From IMG/VR virus record IMGVR_UViG_3300028393_000021: 64,000 bases of DNA; one strand, 5' to 3'. The position numbers and the translations under genes are program-made. Shown here in pieces: positions 51,058-60,879 of the stretch. The DNA is from a virus. Within the stretch, counting starts at the first letter, position 1. The number at the start of each line of letters is the position of its first letter. Under the pieces are notes generated by a model that saw nothing but the letters and a program-made list of their open reading frames with translations, was not told the origin of the DNA and did not search any database.

Positions 51058-54000
51058 TTATTGTGCCTTTATTATTTTTATGTTTGTATAAAATTCTGCA
51101 AGTTCTGGGAACGTATCTATAAATTTTTTATTCCTAATGGTATCATAGTATTCCGTGTTTTCTTTAAATTCTTGTTGTGCAATTTCATTAACCGACGATG
51201 AATCTAACTGACTTATTACGTTTTTTATTTGATTTTTTATCATGCTATAGTTACTATCTGATAGTAAATCCATAGTTTTAATTTTATCTAATAACTTATC
51301 TTTAATATTATTTTTAATGTCAGCATTAATAATGTTAAAACTGTAAAAATTTGGATTAATAATATTATAAAACGTTACGTTGGTTGTGTCATCAACAAAA
51401 TTGTTTTCAATCATATAATCTATAAATTCTGGAATTGTATAAACATTGAACACAGATATCACAGATGAAATACCTATGAATATATGAGGGCATGATTCTT
51501 TAACTTTTTTAATATTTTGTACGATAGTTGGCCAATCGGTACCTTCTCGAATGTATTCAGCTCGACTGCCCCAACTATCTAAACTTACGTTTAAATGAAT
51601 ATTGGAAAACTCTTTCCATAACTTAATTACTGATAAATTTTTAAAGGTCAACGAACTTAAATTAGAATTATATCTAATTTTTATATTTGTATTTCCGGTA
51701 TTAATCAAATATTCAAGTATTTCGTAATGTTTGTCCATTAATAAAGGTTCGCCACCAGCAAAGTAAATTTCTTTAATTCCGGTTATATGAGGTCTAAGCT
51801 GATCAAATAATAAATCATTATTTTTTCCTCCTGAAAAAATAAAAACTTTTTTATTTTTGCCTTGCTTGTTATCTTCAGTGGCCCAACTAGAACTATATGT
51901 ACTAGAACAGCTTCGACATTTGAAATTACAGATGTTGCTCCATCGTATGTCAAGATATTTTAATTCCATTGTTTCCAAAGATCCATCCTGGTTTGTGTCA
52001 TGTACTAAATTTATAGATTCTGAAAGATACGAGGCATTCGATGATTGTCTAAAACTATGCACATTTGCATTTTCATTTTGATAACAAGCACTACATTCAT
52101 CACATTTTTTACCTGTTAACATTTTTAATCGCATTGACTTATATCGATCATTGTTCCATATTTCACTAATTGAATTTTGCTGTACATTACCTAACGGTTT
52201 GGTATAATCTCCAATACAGCAAGGTAGTACATCTCCATCTGGGTTTGCGTAAAAATGTATCCAGGGCAGTATACAAAATGTATTGGACTGTTTTATAGCA
52301 ATTTTAAATTGTTGATTTAACCAATTGTAATCGTTGATATTACTGATCGGTTCTTGGCTCAACGCATATTTGTTACCTTGCTCTGCTCCTAATTTTGCCC
52401 ATTTATAATATTCAGCTGTGACATCTGGATTTAACCATGCTTGCAATCGTTTGTTAGATTCTGCATCTTCTTTTTTAGATAACTTGGCACATTCTCTAAA
52501 TGCGGTTCTCCATGTGGCACAATCAGAAGTGTTAAATTTAGTAATGTTGCTAATTTTATTGATTACTTTTAACTTTTTTGATACACTTAATGTTAGGTCA
52601 GTACCCCATGATTTAAGATATTGTATCTTCGACTTGCTAAACAGCTTAACACCTCCGAAACCATAAGTCAAACCATTAACCGGATTTATACTATTCCAAA
52701 CATAGGTGCAATCTCTATCAAATATATTTGGTTGGAAATCAAATTGCCAATCATCCAATAAGTATGCATCTCCATCAACTACATAGAACATGTCAGACTT
52801 GGCTAATTTAGCCGCTGCCTTATGTGCTTCAAATATACCAGTAACTCTATCTACTCGTTTGGCCCAAGGTGCTTTTTCTAATACACGTTGCCAATTATCT
52901 TCAGCATTTAATTCATAGTAACTAATAAAAATAACATCTAACTGTTTGGCAATGTTAGGTAATAATGTATCAATTTGTTTTACTCCTGCTGTATCATCAA
53001 TGGCTGTTGCACTTAACGCCCAAATATTAGTTTGATTAGTTATAGATCGATCCAACATCCATACATGTTCATATTTAAAATCATGCCAAGGGATAACATA
53101 ATCTATATCATAACTTAATTTGGGTAAATTAGGATTATAGGTTATTTTGATAATTGGACTGACATAATCAATTATCTTAGACCCGTCAAGTTCAGTGGAT
53201 ACTTGTAAGGTAAATGCCCATATATCATCTTCACCATTTTGTAGGTGTTTGCGATCCAACATCCATACATGTTCATATTTAAAATCATGCCAAGGGATAA
53301 CATAATCTATATCATAACTTAATTTGGGTAAATTAGGATTATAGGTTATTTCAATTTTGGGACTAACATAATCAATTATCTTAGACCCGTCAAGTTCAGT
53401 GGATACTTGTAAGGTAAATGCCCATATATCATCTTCACCATTTAATAAATGCTTACGGTCTATCATCCACACATGTTCAAATTTAAAATCATGCCAGGGG
53501 ATAACATAATCTATATCATAGGTCATGGGCGGTAAGTTTGTATTATAGGTTATTTCAATTTTGGGACTGACATAATCAATTATCTTAGACCCATCAAGTT
53601 CAGTGGATACTTGTAAGGTAAATGCCCATAAATCATCTTCACCATTCAATAAATGTTTTTGATCCAACATCCACACATGTTCAAATTTAAAATCATGCCA
53701 GGGGATAACATAATCTATATCATAGGCCATGGGCGGTAAGTTTGGATTGAGTATCACAGTATATTCTGGACTAATTGTGCCTATCCATTTCCAATCTTTA
53801 GGAGCTCCCCACATGGGTTTAAATTTAATCACCCATAATCTTTTATCAGCAGAGGATATATGTTTATTATCTAAATCATATGCACACTCGTAGATCAAAT
53901 CCCAATAAGGTGGACAGCATTCATTGACATCAACACCGAGGTCAGGTAATACATCATTGAAAGATACTTCTATATCTGGAATTATATATCCCATGTGTTT

Positions 54001-54498
54001 AGTACCTAATATATCCCCCTCAACTAGTTGACAGCTGAATACCCAAACATCCTCATCTAATGGATTAAATCTAGGATCCATGTACCATATTAACTGGTAG
54101 TTCTTTTCCCATGGACTCGGTTGATATAGTCCGTAGGGGTTATCTTCAAACGTAATTTGTTTATCAACATCTGAATTGTAGGACCAGATTATTTTGGGTT
54201 TAACAATTTCAACCTGTTCATACCCGTGATATGGATACCAATCTTGTTTAAATATCTTAACTATCCATTCTCCCTGATAGCTAAGTATTACACATTTCCT
54301 TGTATCAGGAATTGTATCTACATAAAACTTTAAATCAGTATCCCATTGCTCTGGAATATTATTGTTGGGGTTTATTACCCAAAATTCCTTATGCCCTTTG
54401 CCCAATCCAAACAATTGAAAATCGTAGTGTAAAGGATCGCCAGTCCATGTTATGGCTGCGACTTTTTTTGGTGAGAGTTGATAGAGGTGTTCGAACAT
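51058..54498 (-). CDS. Fusion: 68-aa repeat array + GT-A-like domain + twitch/SPASM + radical SAM
   Basis: YDIDYVIPWHDF repeats; DVIFISY.E.NA...W...FYVVDGD (DxD); FCILPW.H...PCC...C..CY..E; CNFKCRSC; YFAGGEP. Confidence 0.88.
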   Translation of the reverse strand: MFEHLYQLSPKKVAAITWTGDPLHYDFQLFGLGKGHKEFWVINPNNNIPEQWDTDLKFYVDTIPDTRKCVILSYQGEWIVKIFKQDWYPYHGYEQVEIVKPKIIWSYNSDVDKQITFEDNPYGLYQPSPWEKNYQLIWYMDPRFNPLDEDVWVFSCQLVEGDILGTKHMGYIIPDIEVSFNDVLPDLGVDVNECCPPYWDLIYECAYDLDNKHISSADKRLWVIKFKPMWGAPKDWKWIGTISPEYTVILNPNLPPMAYDIDYVIPWHDFKFEHVWMLDQKHLLNGEDDLWAFTLQVSTELDGSKIIDYVSPKIEITYNTNLPPMTYDIDYVIPWHDFKFEHVWMIDRKHLLNGEDDIWAFTLQVSTELDGSKIIDYVSPKIEITYNPNLPKLSYDIDYVIPWHDFKYEHVWMLDRKHLQNGEDDIWAFTLQVSTELDGSKIIDYVSPIIKITYNPNLPKLSYDIDYVIPWHDFKYEHVWMLDRSITNQTNIWALSATAIDDTAGVKQIDTLLPNIAKQLDVIFISYYELNAEDNWQRVLEKAPWAKRVDRVTGIFEAHKAAAKLAKSDMFYVVDGDAYLLDDWQFDFQPNIFDRDCTYVWNSINPVNGLTYGFGGVKLFSKSKIQYLKSWGTDLTLSVSKKLKVINKISNITKFNTSDCATWRTAFRECAKLSKKEDAESNKRLQAWLNPDVTAEYYKWAKLGAEQGNKYALSQEPISNINDYNWLNQQFKIAIKQSNTFCILPWIHFYANPDGDVLPCCIGDYTKPLGNVQQNSISEIWNNDRYKSMRLKMLTGKKCDECSACYQNENANVHSFRQSSNASYLSESINLVHDTNQDGSLETMELKYLDIRWSNICNFKCRSCSSTYSSSWATEDNKQGKNKKVFIFSGGKNNDLLFDQLRPHITGIKEIYFAGGEPLLMDKHYEILEYLINTGNTNIKIRYNSNLSSLTFKNLSVIKLWKEFSNIHLNVSLDSWGSRAEYIREGTDWPTIVQNIKKVKESCPHIFIGISSVISVFNVYTIPEFIDYMIENNFVDDTTNVTFYNIINPNFYSFNIINADIKNNIKDKLLDKIKTMDLLSDSNYSMIKNQIKNVISQLDSSSVNEIAQQEFKENTEYYDTIRNKKFIDTFPELAEFYTNIKIIKAQ
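53045..53750 (-). repeat. 204-bp tandem repeat, about 3.5 near-identical copies
   Basis: ctatatcata at 53511-53520 and 53715-53724 is 204 bp apart; unit encodes YDIDYVIPWHDFKxEHVWMxD...VSPKIEITYNxNLP. Confidence 0.9.
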
Positions 54499-54539
54499 TA
54501 TACTACTAATTATCCTAGCAGTTAATGATGTCTAAAATA

Positions 54540-56765
54540 TTATAAAATATTTGTTGGTAAGGTCACGATAGCTGTTGCGGTAGTTATAACAGCCGTTGGC
54601 AGCATACTCACAGTTCTAATCGGTGCCCATGTAATGACTTTGTTACTGACAGCAACTGACCAAGCAGAAGCAGTGGCATTTTCAAACACATGAGCTATTA
54701 CAATTCCAGATTTTGTAGGGTTGTAATATATATTGTAATCATACACTAATGGTTGGTTATAAACCACTGTGGTACCCTGTAATATCGTGTAGCCAGTGTA
54801 ACTCTTAAGGGATGCTGATATTTCACTTGTTACAATAAATTTATATTCAACCCCATCAACCAACACTGGATTGGCACCATTTGTGTTAGCTAACAATGTG
54901 TTCCCATAATATATAGTGGTATCGAAGTCATGCGATACGATACCGGCCCAGAATGATTCAATTTGTGTAGATGGATACACTGGGTTAGGATTAAATGGTA
55001 CACCGGGCGGTAGTGGTGGAGTTACGGGCGTTGGAGCGGCACTCACATTACCAATAATCATACCTTGACCTTGAACATAACCATTGGCAATTGCAGCATT
55101 ATTACAACGTACAACCACAGAAAAATGTCCACCTGGGTTTTGAGCAAAATAGTTAGTAGACTTGAAGGTAAACTCAAACGTACATCTGCCAGGACCAAGA
55201 TTATAATCATTTGTGGTTGTGGAGGTCAGTTCATAATAATCGAGTGCGGGGCTATTATTATTAAATGCCCACGATGATGAATCCACAGTTACTCCATTTG
55301 GAACAATCGTGGGCAGTGATGAAGACAAAGTTGGTACTAGACTATCAAATCCTCTAAACAATAGTGTTCTTGTACCATCACCTAGGGGTCCTGAGTTTAA
55401 TTGAGAATACCGGCCGTTGATATCCGAATTAGAATAATAGTATAATGCTCTGGTTAAATTTTTTAAGGTAGCATCAAATTCTGCATTTCCACTGAGTTCT
55501 CTTAGATTGTTTAACGCTATGGTTATATTACCTCGTCCATCATGATTAACAATAAACATAGATTTATATCCCGGACTTTGCTCATATCCAAAATATTGCT
55601 CGTAATTATAACCCTCAGTGGTTTTTCTAATATAATTCGGAACAATATCGTTGTCAAGTGACCCACTTAGGTAGGTATAACTATATTCGGTTAACACAAA
55701 ACTCCAAACATTGGCCCAATACGGGAATTTAAGATTGGAACTTCTTGCTCTATAACTCAAATTATTTACATCAACTAGGTTATAACCTCCTTGGTCATAT
55801 CGAGAGGCATAATCTCCCCCCATACCAACTCCAATGGTTAATATACGTTGATCATTGATAGTATCAAGACTCATTCCAATAATACTATTATAACTCGAAG
55901 CGGGACTGACCCAACTGGCTAGATTGTTATATTTTAAATAATCAATGTCAACATAGCTGATATTTGTTATAGTTTTGGTTCCTAAAAATTGACCCGATTC
56001 TGATACCGACACTGTTAAAGTAGACCGGTATGTGCCTGTGTTATTGTTTACTAGGTCAGGATTCCAAACTATATGAATAGTATTGACTGTGCCTGTGGTC
56101 ACTGACCAGCCGGGATCACCCGATATACTGGTATTAAATGTTAAATTTGTACCAGTATATGTTACCCCATTCGTACGTTTATTAAGTATGATATCAGTTG
56201 AATTGGTTTGACCCAAAATTGTAGTATATGTGACAAATGTACTGTTCGATGCCACAATGTTTTCATCATTGCTGATACTTTGATACGTATTGACTTGATA
56301 TTCAGGATTTTGTGCATTGGAAAAGAACACAAGGCTGTTGATATATTCACCGGGTGCAATTGCTGTATAGGAAATTAGAAATGATGCAGTTGTACCCGCT
56401 AACAAAGTGACATTTGTACCACTGATGAGACTTTGAGCCACTGTTCCATAAAATTTTGGAATAATAACACGGCTTTTTACCAATGAACATGTAAAATCAA
56501 AACTGGTTAGAGTAATAGTGGTTCCACCGTCATTGTATAATATTAAATTTTGTATATCAGATTCATCTCTTGGAGAAGAAACAAACGTTACCGGGGTAGA
56601 TACTCTTAACACACCATAATTAGCCACAGGTGCTGTTAATGTTGCTCCGTCAAGAGTCAATGTAGTGGCAACCACAGCAGGTGGTGGACAATATATAGAA
56701 GCAGTGGAATTTGTTGCACCGACAGCACTTTTTATTTTTATGTTTACAGCTACTTGAGTTGCCAT
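54540..56765 (-). CDS. Virion structural protein, unknown function
   Basis: 741 aa, Thr/Ser/Asn-rich beta-type composition, AGGA SD. Confidence 0.7.
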   Translation of the reverse strand: MATQVAVNIKIKSAVGATNSTASIYCPPPAVVATTLTLDGATLTAPVANYGVLRVSTPVTFVSSPRDESDIQNLILYNDGGTTITLTSFDFTCSLVKSRVIIPKFYGTVAQSLISGTNVTLLAGTTASFLISYTAIAPGEYINSLVFFSNAQNPEYQVNTYQSISNDENIVASNSTFVTYTTILGQTNSTDIILNKRTNGVTYTGTNLTFNTSISGDPGWSVTTGTVNTIHIVWNPDLVNNNTGTYRSTLTVSVSESGQFLGTKTITNISYVDIDYLKYNNLASWVSPASSYNSIIGMSLDTINDQRILTIGVGMGGDYASRYDQGGYNLVDVNNLSYRARSSNLKFPYWANVWSFVLTEYSYTYLSGSLDNDIVPNYIRKTTEGYNYEQYFGYEQSPGYKSMFIVNHDGRGNITIALNNLRELSGNAEFDATLKNLTRALYYYSNSDINGRYSQLNSGPLGDGTRTLLFRGFDSLVPTLSSSLPTIVPNGVTVDSSSWAFNNNSPALDYYELTSTTTNDYNLGPGRCTFEFTFKSTNYFAQNPGGHFSVVVRCNNAAIANGYVQGQGMIIGNVSAAPTPVTPPLPPGVPFNPNPVYPSTQIESFWAGIVSHDFDTTIYYGNTLLANTNGANPVLVDGVEYKFIVTSEISASLKSYTGYTILQGTTVVYNQPLVYDYNIYYNPTKSGIVIAHVFENATASAWSVAVSNKVITWAPIRTVSMLPTAVITTATAIVTLPTNIL

Positions 56766-56777
56766 TATTGATCCTTA

Positions 56778-58010
56778 TTATGCACCACCACTGTTGGTGA
56801 TGTTGGCGTAATCGTTTGCAGCAGCCTCGGCGGCAGCAGCAGCAGCGGCGGCGGCGGCGGCAGCAGCGGCGGCAGCAGCGGTGGCAGCAGCGATGGCAGC
56901 ATCTGCTATAGCGGTAGCAGCAGGGGCGTTGCTTGCAGCCAAATTTACTGGCGTAGGGGCCGGAACATAGTTATCGTACCAATATTGGGCAAATGCAGCA
57001 CCTTCGACCGGACCAGTAATTAAAGGACCGTCAAATGTAGCAGGATCTAAATGTAATAAAACTGTTATATACCACGTTCTAAACTGTTGTCTAACTAGAT
57101 CTTTATTAGCTGCATACGCTGCATCAAGGGCCACTTGTACTGGATCTACTGGTGGAGGTGGTGTTGGGGGGCCAGAGGTATTACCACCCGGGCCAGTGAC
57201 GAAAGGACCAATGACAACAATGTTGCTTGCAGTGTTAGAGGCGGTGGTGCTGGTGGTGGCAGTGGTCTGCGTGTTTTGATACGTTATTGTAAAATCCACA
57301 ATATTTTCCTCAGCGGATTTCACAGCTACCACACTGATACGCAGGGTACCACTGGAGTAATTTCGAGTCACTGTGCTGCCCGATACAAAATTACTACGAT
57401 AATATTTGAACTGTTGATCAGGTGTGCTGGCAATATAGTTGAGCCAATTGGCCCACTCAATATCAAGGTCATTGGCTCCACTGCCTTCATAACTGGGCGA
57501 CCAAGCAATATAATTACCATTGTTGAAATAATATCGTGCAATTAGAGCCGTGGACCAAGCAGCTCTGACCTGGTGAGTTATGATACTGGTACCATTGGCA
57601 CCCCAGGCCGAGGTGCGTGTGCTACTGGTATTGACTGAATACACAATGGTGCTTTCGCCAGTGTGTTGAAATTGATTGGGATGACAGGTATATCTATTGA
57701 TCAAACAATAATCCACCATGGCCTTGATTTGATTGTAAAACACAGCCTTGATCACATTACTACTAGTGGATATGTTGGACACAGTGTTGGTACTGGTGAC
57801 CAAATTACTGATGTGTGTGTACACACTACCCACATTCCTTAACAAAGTATTGGCTTGATCTGCACTGATTATACTGCCGGTTATTGTGGGGCTGACCACG
57901 CTGATCCCATAACCATTCTGACCTATACTTCTTATATCAGCAGCGATACTTTGAATAGCATTGAAATCAGAACTTAATGCTAGGGTTCCTGAAGTGGTTG
58001 GTAGTGACAT
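56778..58010 (-). CDS. Virion structural protein with Pro- and poly-Ala-rich C-terminus
   Basis: 410 aa, TATAAATA at 58016-58023 on the minus strand, poly-Ala tract near the end. Confidence 0.7.
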   Translation of the reverse strand: MSLPTTSGTLALSSDFNAIQSIAADIRSIGQNGYGISVVSPTITGSIISADQANTLLRNVGSVYTHISNLVTSTNTVSNISTSSNVIKAVFYNQIKAMVDYCLINRYTCHPNQFQHTGESTIVYSVNTSSTRTSAWGANGTSIITHQVRAAWSTALIARYYFNNGNYIAWSPSYEGSGANDLDIEWANWLNYIASTPDQQFKYYRSNFVSGSTVTRNYSSGTLRISVVAVKSAEENIVDFTITYQNTQTTATTSTTASNTASNIVVIGPFVTGPGGNTSGPPTPPPPVDPVQVALDAAYAANKDLVRQQFRTWYITVLLHLDPATFDGPLITGPVEGAAFAQYWYDNYVPAPTPVNLAASNAPAATAIADAAIAAATAAAAAAAAAAAAAAAAAEAAANDYANITNSGGA

Positions 58011-58099
58011 ATCAGTATTTATATCTAGATTTCTTATCCCGGTTATAGTATAATATTAAATATGTTGATAACCAACTACAACCAAGGAACATACCATCA

Positions 58100-58858
58100 A
58101 TGACCAACAAAAAATTAGGCATCATCCAAACTAGAGGGCTGGGCGATATAGTACTGGCCCTACCCATTGCACTACATTATCGAGAACAGGGCTACGACAT
58201 TTTCTGGCCCATAACCGATACGTGGGTGGAACAAATGAACCACTACGTGCCCTGGATCAAATGGATACCCGTGCCCCAAGATTCCGGAGCTTTCTTCTAC
58301 GATATCCCCATGCAACGTTTGAAGAATTTTAAATGCGACGAGATACTGTGCTTGTACAATTCACTGACCGGACACCCTGAATTTGCTGAAGAACCCTACT
58401 TCCAATTCACTACGTTTGATCAATACAAATATACCAAGGCGGGCGTGCCGTTTCTGGACAAATGGCGCTTGAACGAATGTATTACACGTGACCCCGAGAG
58501 AGAACAGACCCTCTACGATAAAAAAGTTAAAAATCCCAACTATATAGTCACCCACTTGACCAGCAGTCAACATACTGTACCCTTTGATACTAGTATTGTA
58601 CCCCCAGATTGGGATATAATAAACATAGACTCAGATGGCTATATATTTGATTGGCTTAAAATTATTGAAGGCGCTCAGAGCATAGTTATGACTAACTCAG
58701 TGTTTGCTAACATGGTTGATCTACTGAAAATAGGCGATGACAAATACTTTATACCCTTGCATCATCTGAACTGGAGCCCAACGTTTGGCACAACATGGCA
58801 GTGGCTGAACAACACAGAACCCTCACAATGGCAAAAAAGTATTACTGCCCAGAGCTAA
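58100..58858 (+). CDS. Glycosyltransferase family 9-like protein
   Basis: IIQTRGLGDIVLALPIA...G..I.W (GT9 N-terminal motif); C-terminal IIEGA..IV..NSVFAN. Confidence 0.7.
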   Translation: MTNKKLGIIQTRGLGDIVLALPIALHYREQGYDIFWPITDTWVEQMNHYVPWIKWIPVPQDSGAFFYDIPMQRLKNFKCDEILCLYNSLTGHPEFAEEPYFQFTTFDQYKYTKAGVPFLDKWRLNECITRDPEREQTLYDKKVKNPNYIVTHLTSSQHTVPFDTSIVPPDWDIINIDSDGYIFDWLKIIEGAQSIVMTNSVFANMVDLLKIGDDKYFIPLHHLNWSPTFGTTWQWLNNTEPSQWQKSITAQS

Positions 58859-58868
58859 TGTACACTGT

Positions 58869-59429
58869 CTAAGACGCCCACGAGAATAACACATTCTTTG
58901 GGCTATCTAAGGCAGCATAAGATCCAATGCTACTAATGGTACTGGGCTTTGAGGCTAGATCCTTGAAACTACTGACCCTGAACTTTTCCCACTTACTATA
59001 TCTACCCGTGTTCTCATTGTACTTGGTGCGTAATAGATGCTGGTTACTTTCCCCATACTCGCGTAGATCCTCCCAATGAGCTTTGGGTAAAAAGAAATAA
59101 TCTAATTCCTCACGGAACTCATTGTATATCACTGCACGTATATCCCCAGCTTTGGGCGTGAGAGTCTTTCGACTGAGTATGTTACCAATTACTGCTGTGC
59201 GATCATGACGTCTACATGTGCCCGTTTTGGTGTCACTGAAATCACTATTGTCATAATGGTTTTCATCAACAAACTCATATTCCCCTACCCTACACATGGC
59301 CACTTCCACTATATGCTCTACATTGTAATGACGCCAATTGGCTAATATAGTGCTTAATTGCCCGGGAAGAGCATACTCAGGTAAGTGAGCATGAGCTATG
59401 TCTTGAAGTATCCGTTGATGTTTGTTCAT
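58869..59429 (-). CDS. Hypothetical protein, possible PD-(D/E)xK nuclease fold
   Basis: Start moved to MNKHQR at 59429; E...(EFVD...YD)..SDTKT resembles an E..D..D-x-K active site. Confidence 0.5.
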   Translation of the reverse strand: MNKHQRILQDIAHAHLPEYALPGQLSTILANWRHYNVEHIVEVAMCRVGEYEFVDENHYDNSDFSDTKTGTCRRHDRTAVIGNILSRKTLTPKAGDIRAVIYNEFREELDYFFLPKAHWEDLREYGESNQHLLRTKYNENTGRYSKWEKFRVSSFKDLASKPSTISSIGSYAALDSPKNVLFSWAS

Positions 59430-59497
59430 AGTACATAGTATAAGATCACTTACACGTACAGAACAATCAACTTGACAAACATACATTTCCACTGTAT

Positions 59498-59577
59498 ACA
59501 AATACCCCGCTGTAGCACTATAAGAGATTAGCTGTGTGCGTGAACTATATACACTATACACAAATACCCCGCTGTAG
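59498..59577 (+). repeat. 18-bp direct repeat ACAAATACCCCGCTGTAG, two copies
   Basis: Exact copies at 59498-59515 and 59560-59577. Confidence 0.85.
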
Positions 59578-59899
59578 GGGTCCCCTTTAAGGGTCCTCTG
59601 GACGCAGTGAAAGGTTGAGATTTATTGGGGAGGGCAGGGGTATTACTGAGGTTTGAGGTGAAAACCATTTTACGATAGCCTCCAAACCCCACAGTGCTCC
59701 ATTCTAAATCTACCCTAAAAAACGCAGAACCCCACCGTGAAACCAGGAAATTTGGTAGGAAATCCCCAAGAATTTGTGGAGTTTTGCTCCTTTTCTGTGA
59801 GTAATTTGCCACATAGTCAATTGCTCGCTGAGGGGTGCTCACTGTATAATAAGTACTTGGTTAGAGCATTGGACTCCACTCTAGATAATAAATAACTAT

Positions 59900-60544
59900 A
59901 TGAATCACTGTATATACTGTAGTAAGGAAATTAATAGCACACGCTCAAAACAGCAGCACGAACTTCGCTGTAAGCATAATCCACAGGCTATAGTAGTTAA
60001 AGCATCATACGGCATGTTAGGCAAACAAGGAAGAAATCAATATTCAAAAGCAAAGGATGAAGGAAGACAGGAACCAAAACAGACTTCCGAATCTAGGGCT
60101 AAAGGATTAGCAACTAAAATTAGAAATGGAACTCTAACTCATACTGAAGAATCAAAAAAGAAATTATCCGACTCTATGAAACGGGCTGTACTGAAAAACC
60201 CCGCAGCATATACCAGCAGTAACCGAGGACGAACCAAACAAATCATAGTTGACGGAGTTAAACTACAAGGGCAATGGGAAGTTGACTTTTATAAATGGGC
60301 AACTGTTGAAGGATTAGCGCCGAAAAAGGTTGAACAAGGGTTTCCCTATATATGGAATGATAATGAACACGCATACTTCCCGGACTTTTATATTCCCAGT
60401 CTGGACATATACGTAGAAGTTAAAGGTTACGAAACCGACCGTGATCGGGCCAAGTGGTTGCACTTCCCTTATAAGTTGTGTATAATAAAAGCTAAGGAAA
60501 TAAAACAAATCCGTACGGGTAGTTTTAGAGGGTTGGTAGCTTAG
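59900..60544 (+). mobile_element. Free-standing homing-endonuclease-like gene (NUMOD3-type DNA-binding + PD-(D/E)xK domain)
   Basis: HTEESKKKLSDSMK (NUMOD3-like), SxWE-like GQWEVDF, YFPDFY.....YVEVKGY; the last codons overlap the tRNA. Confidence 0.7.
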
Positions 60545-60606
60545 TGTCCTAAAGCAGTGTTCTCATAAAGCATTGATCGTGGGTTAGAATCCCACCCAAC
60601 CCACCA
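60530..60606 (+). tRNA. tRNA with CAT anticodon (Met, or Ile2 if lysidine-modified)
   Basis: Acceptor GGGTTGG/CCAACCC, D arm GCTT/AAGC, anticodon stem GTGTT/AGCAT with loop CTCATAA, T arm GTGGG-TTAGAAT-CCCAC, encoded ACCA end. Confidence 0.9.
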
Positions 60607-60640
60607 TAGTGTATATAGTGTATATAGAGTATAAACCGTA

Positions 60641-60847
60641 AACGCAATGATAAGCATAACCGATGAGAAGAGGGGCCGGAAGCCCGAGTATATCTCCTTG
60701 CTGTGCTGAGTAGGAATCGTAGATCCACGTTAGTTGCGTTGAATCAGTGACCGTACCCTTCCGGTGGTCGAGGCTAGTGTATTAACTTACGCAGGAACCA
60801 GCTGATCGGGGGATTATCCTGAAACTCGCGGAGATAATCCACTGATT
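60641..60847 (+). ncRNA. Candidate structured RNA downstream of the tRNA
   Basis: Two adjacent closed domains: AACGCAA/TTGCGTT (60641/60734) and AATCAGTG/CACTGATT (60742/60840), with internal hairpins GGGC-CGGAA-GCCC and GGATTATC/GATAATCC; ends at a terminator. Confidence 0.5.
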
Positions 60848-60879
60848 AATAGGACTCAAATGGGTCCTATTATCTTTTT
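60847..60879 (+). terminator. Intrinsic terminator
   Basis: TAATAGGAC-8nt-GTCCTATTA followed by TCTTTTT. Confidence 0.7.

Noticed and set aside
59837-59885. tRNA-like fragment GCTCA...TGGTTAGAGCA-TTGGA-CTCCAC-TCTAG upstream of the homing nuclease
   Set aside because: No T arm or acceptor stem and the loop is 6 nt; could be a decayed tRNA remnant but is not supportable
60655-60830. Hammerhead ribozyme (CCGATGAG and CTGATCG...GAAAC)
   Set aside because: The conserved CUGAnGA and GAAA cores do not occur with the required flanking stems
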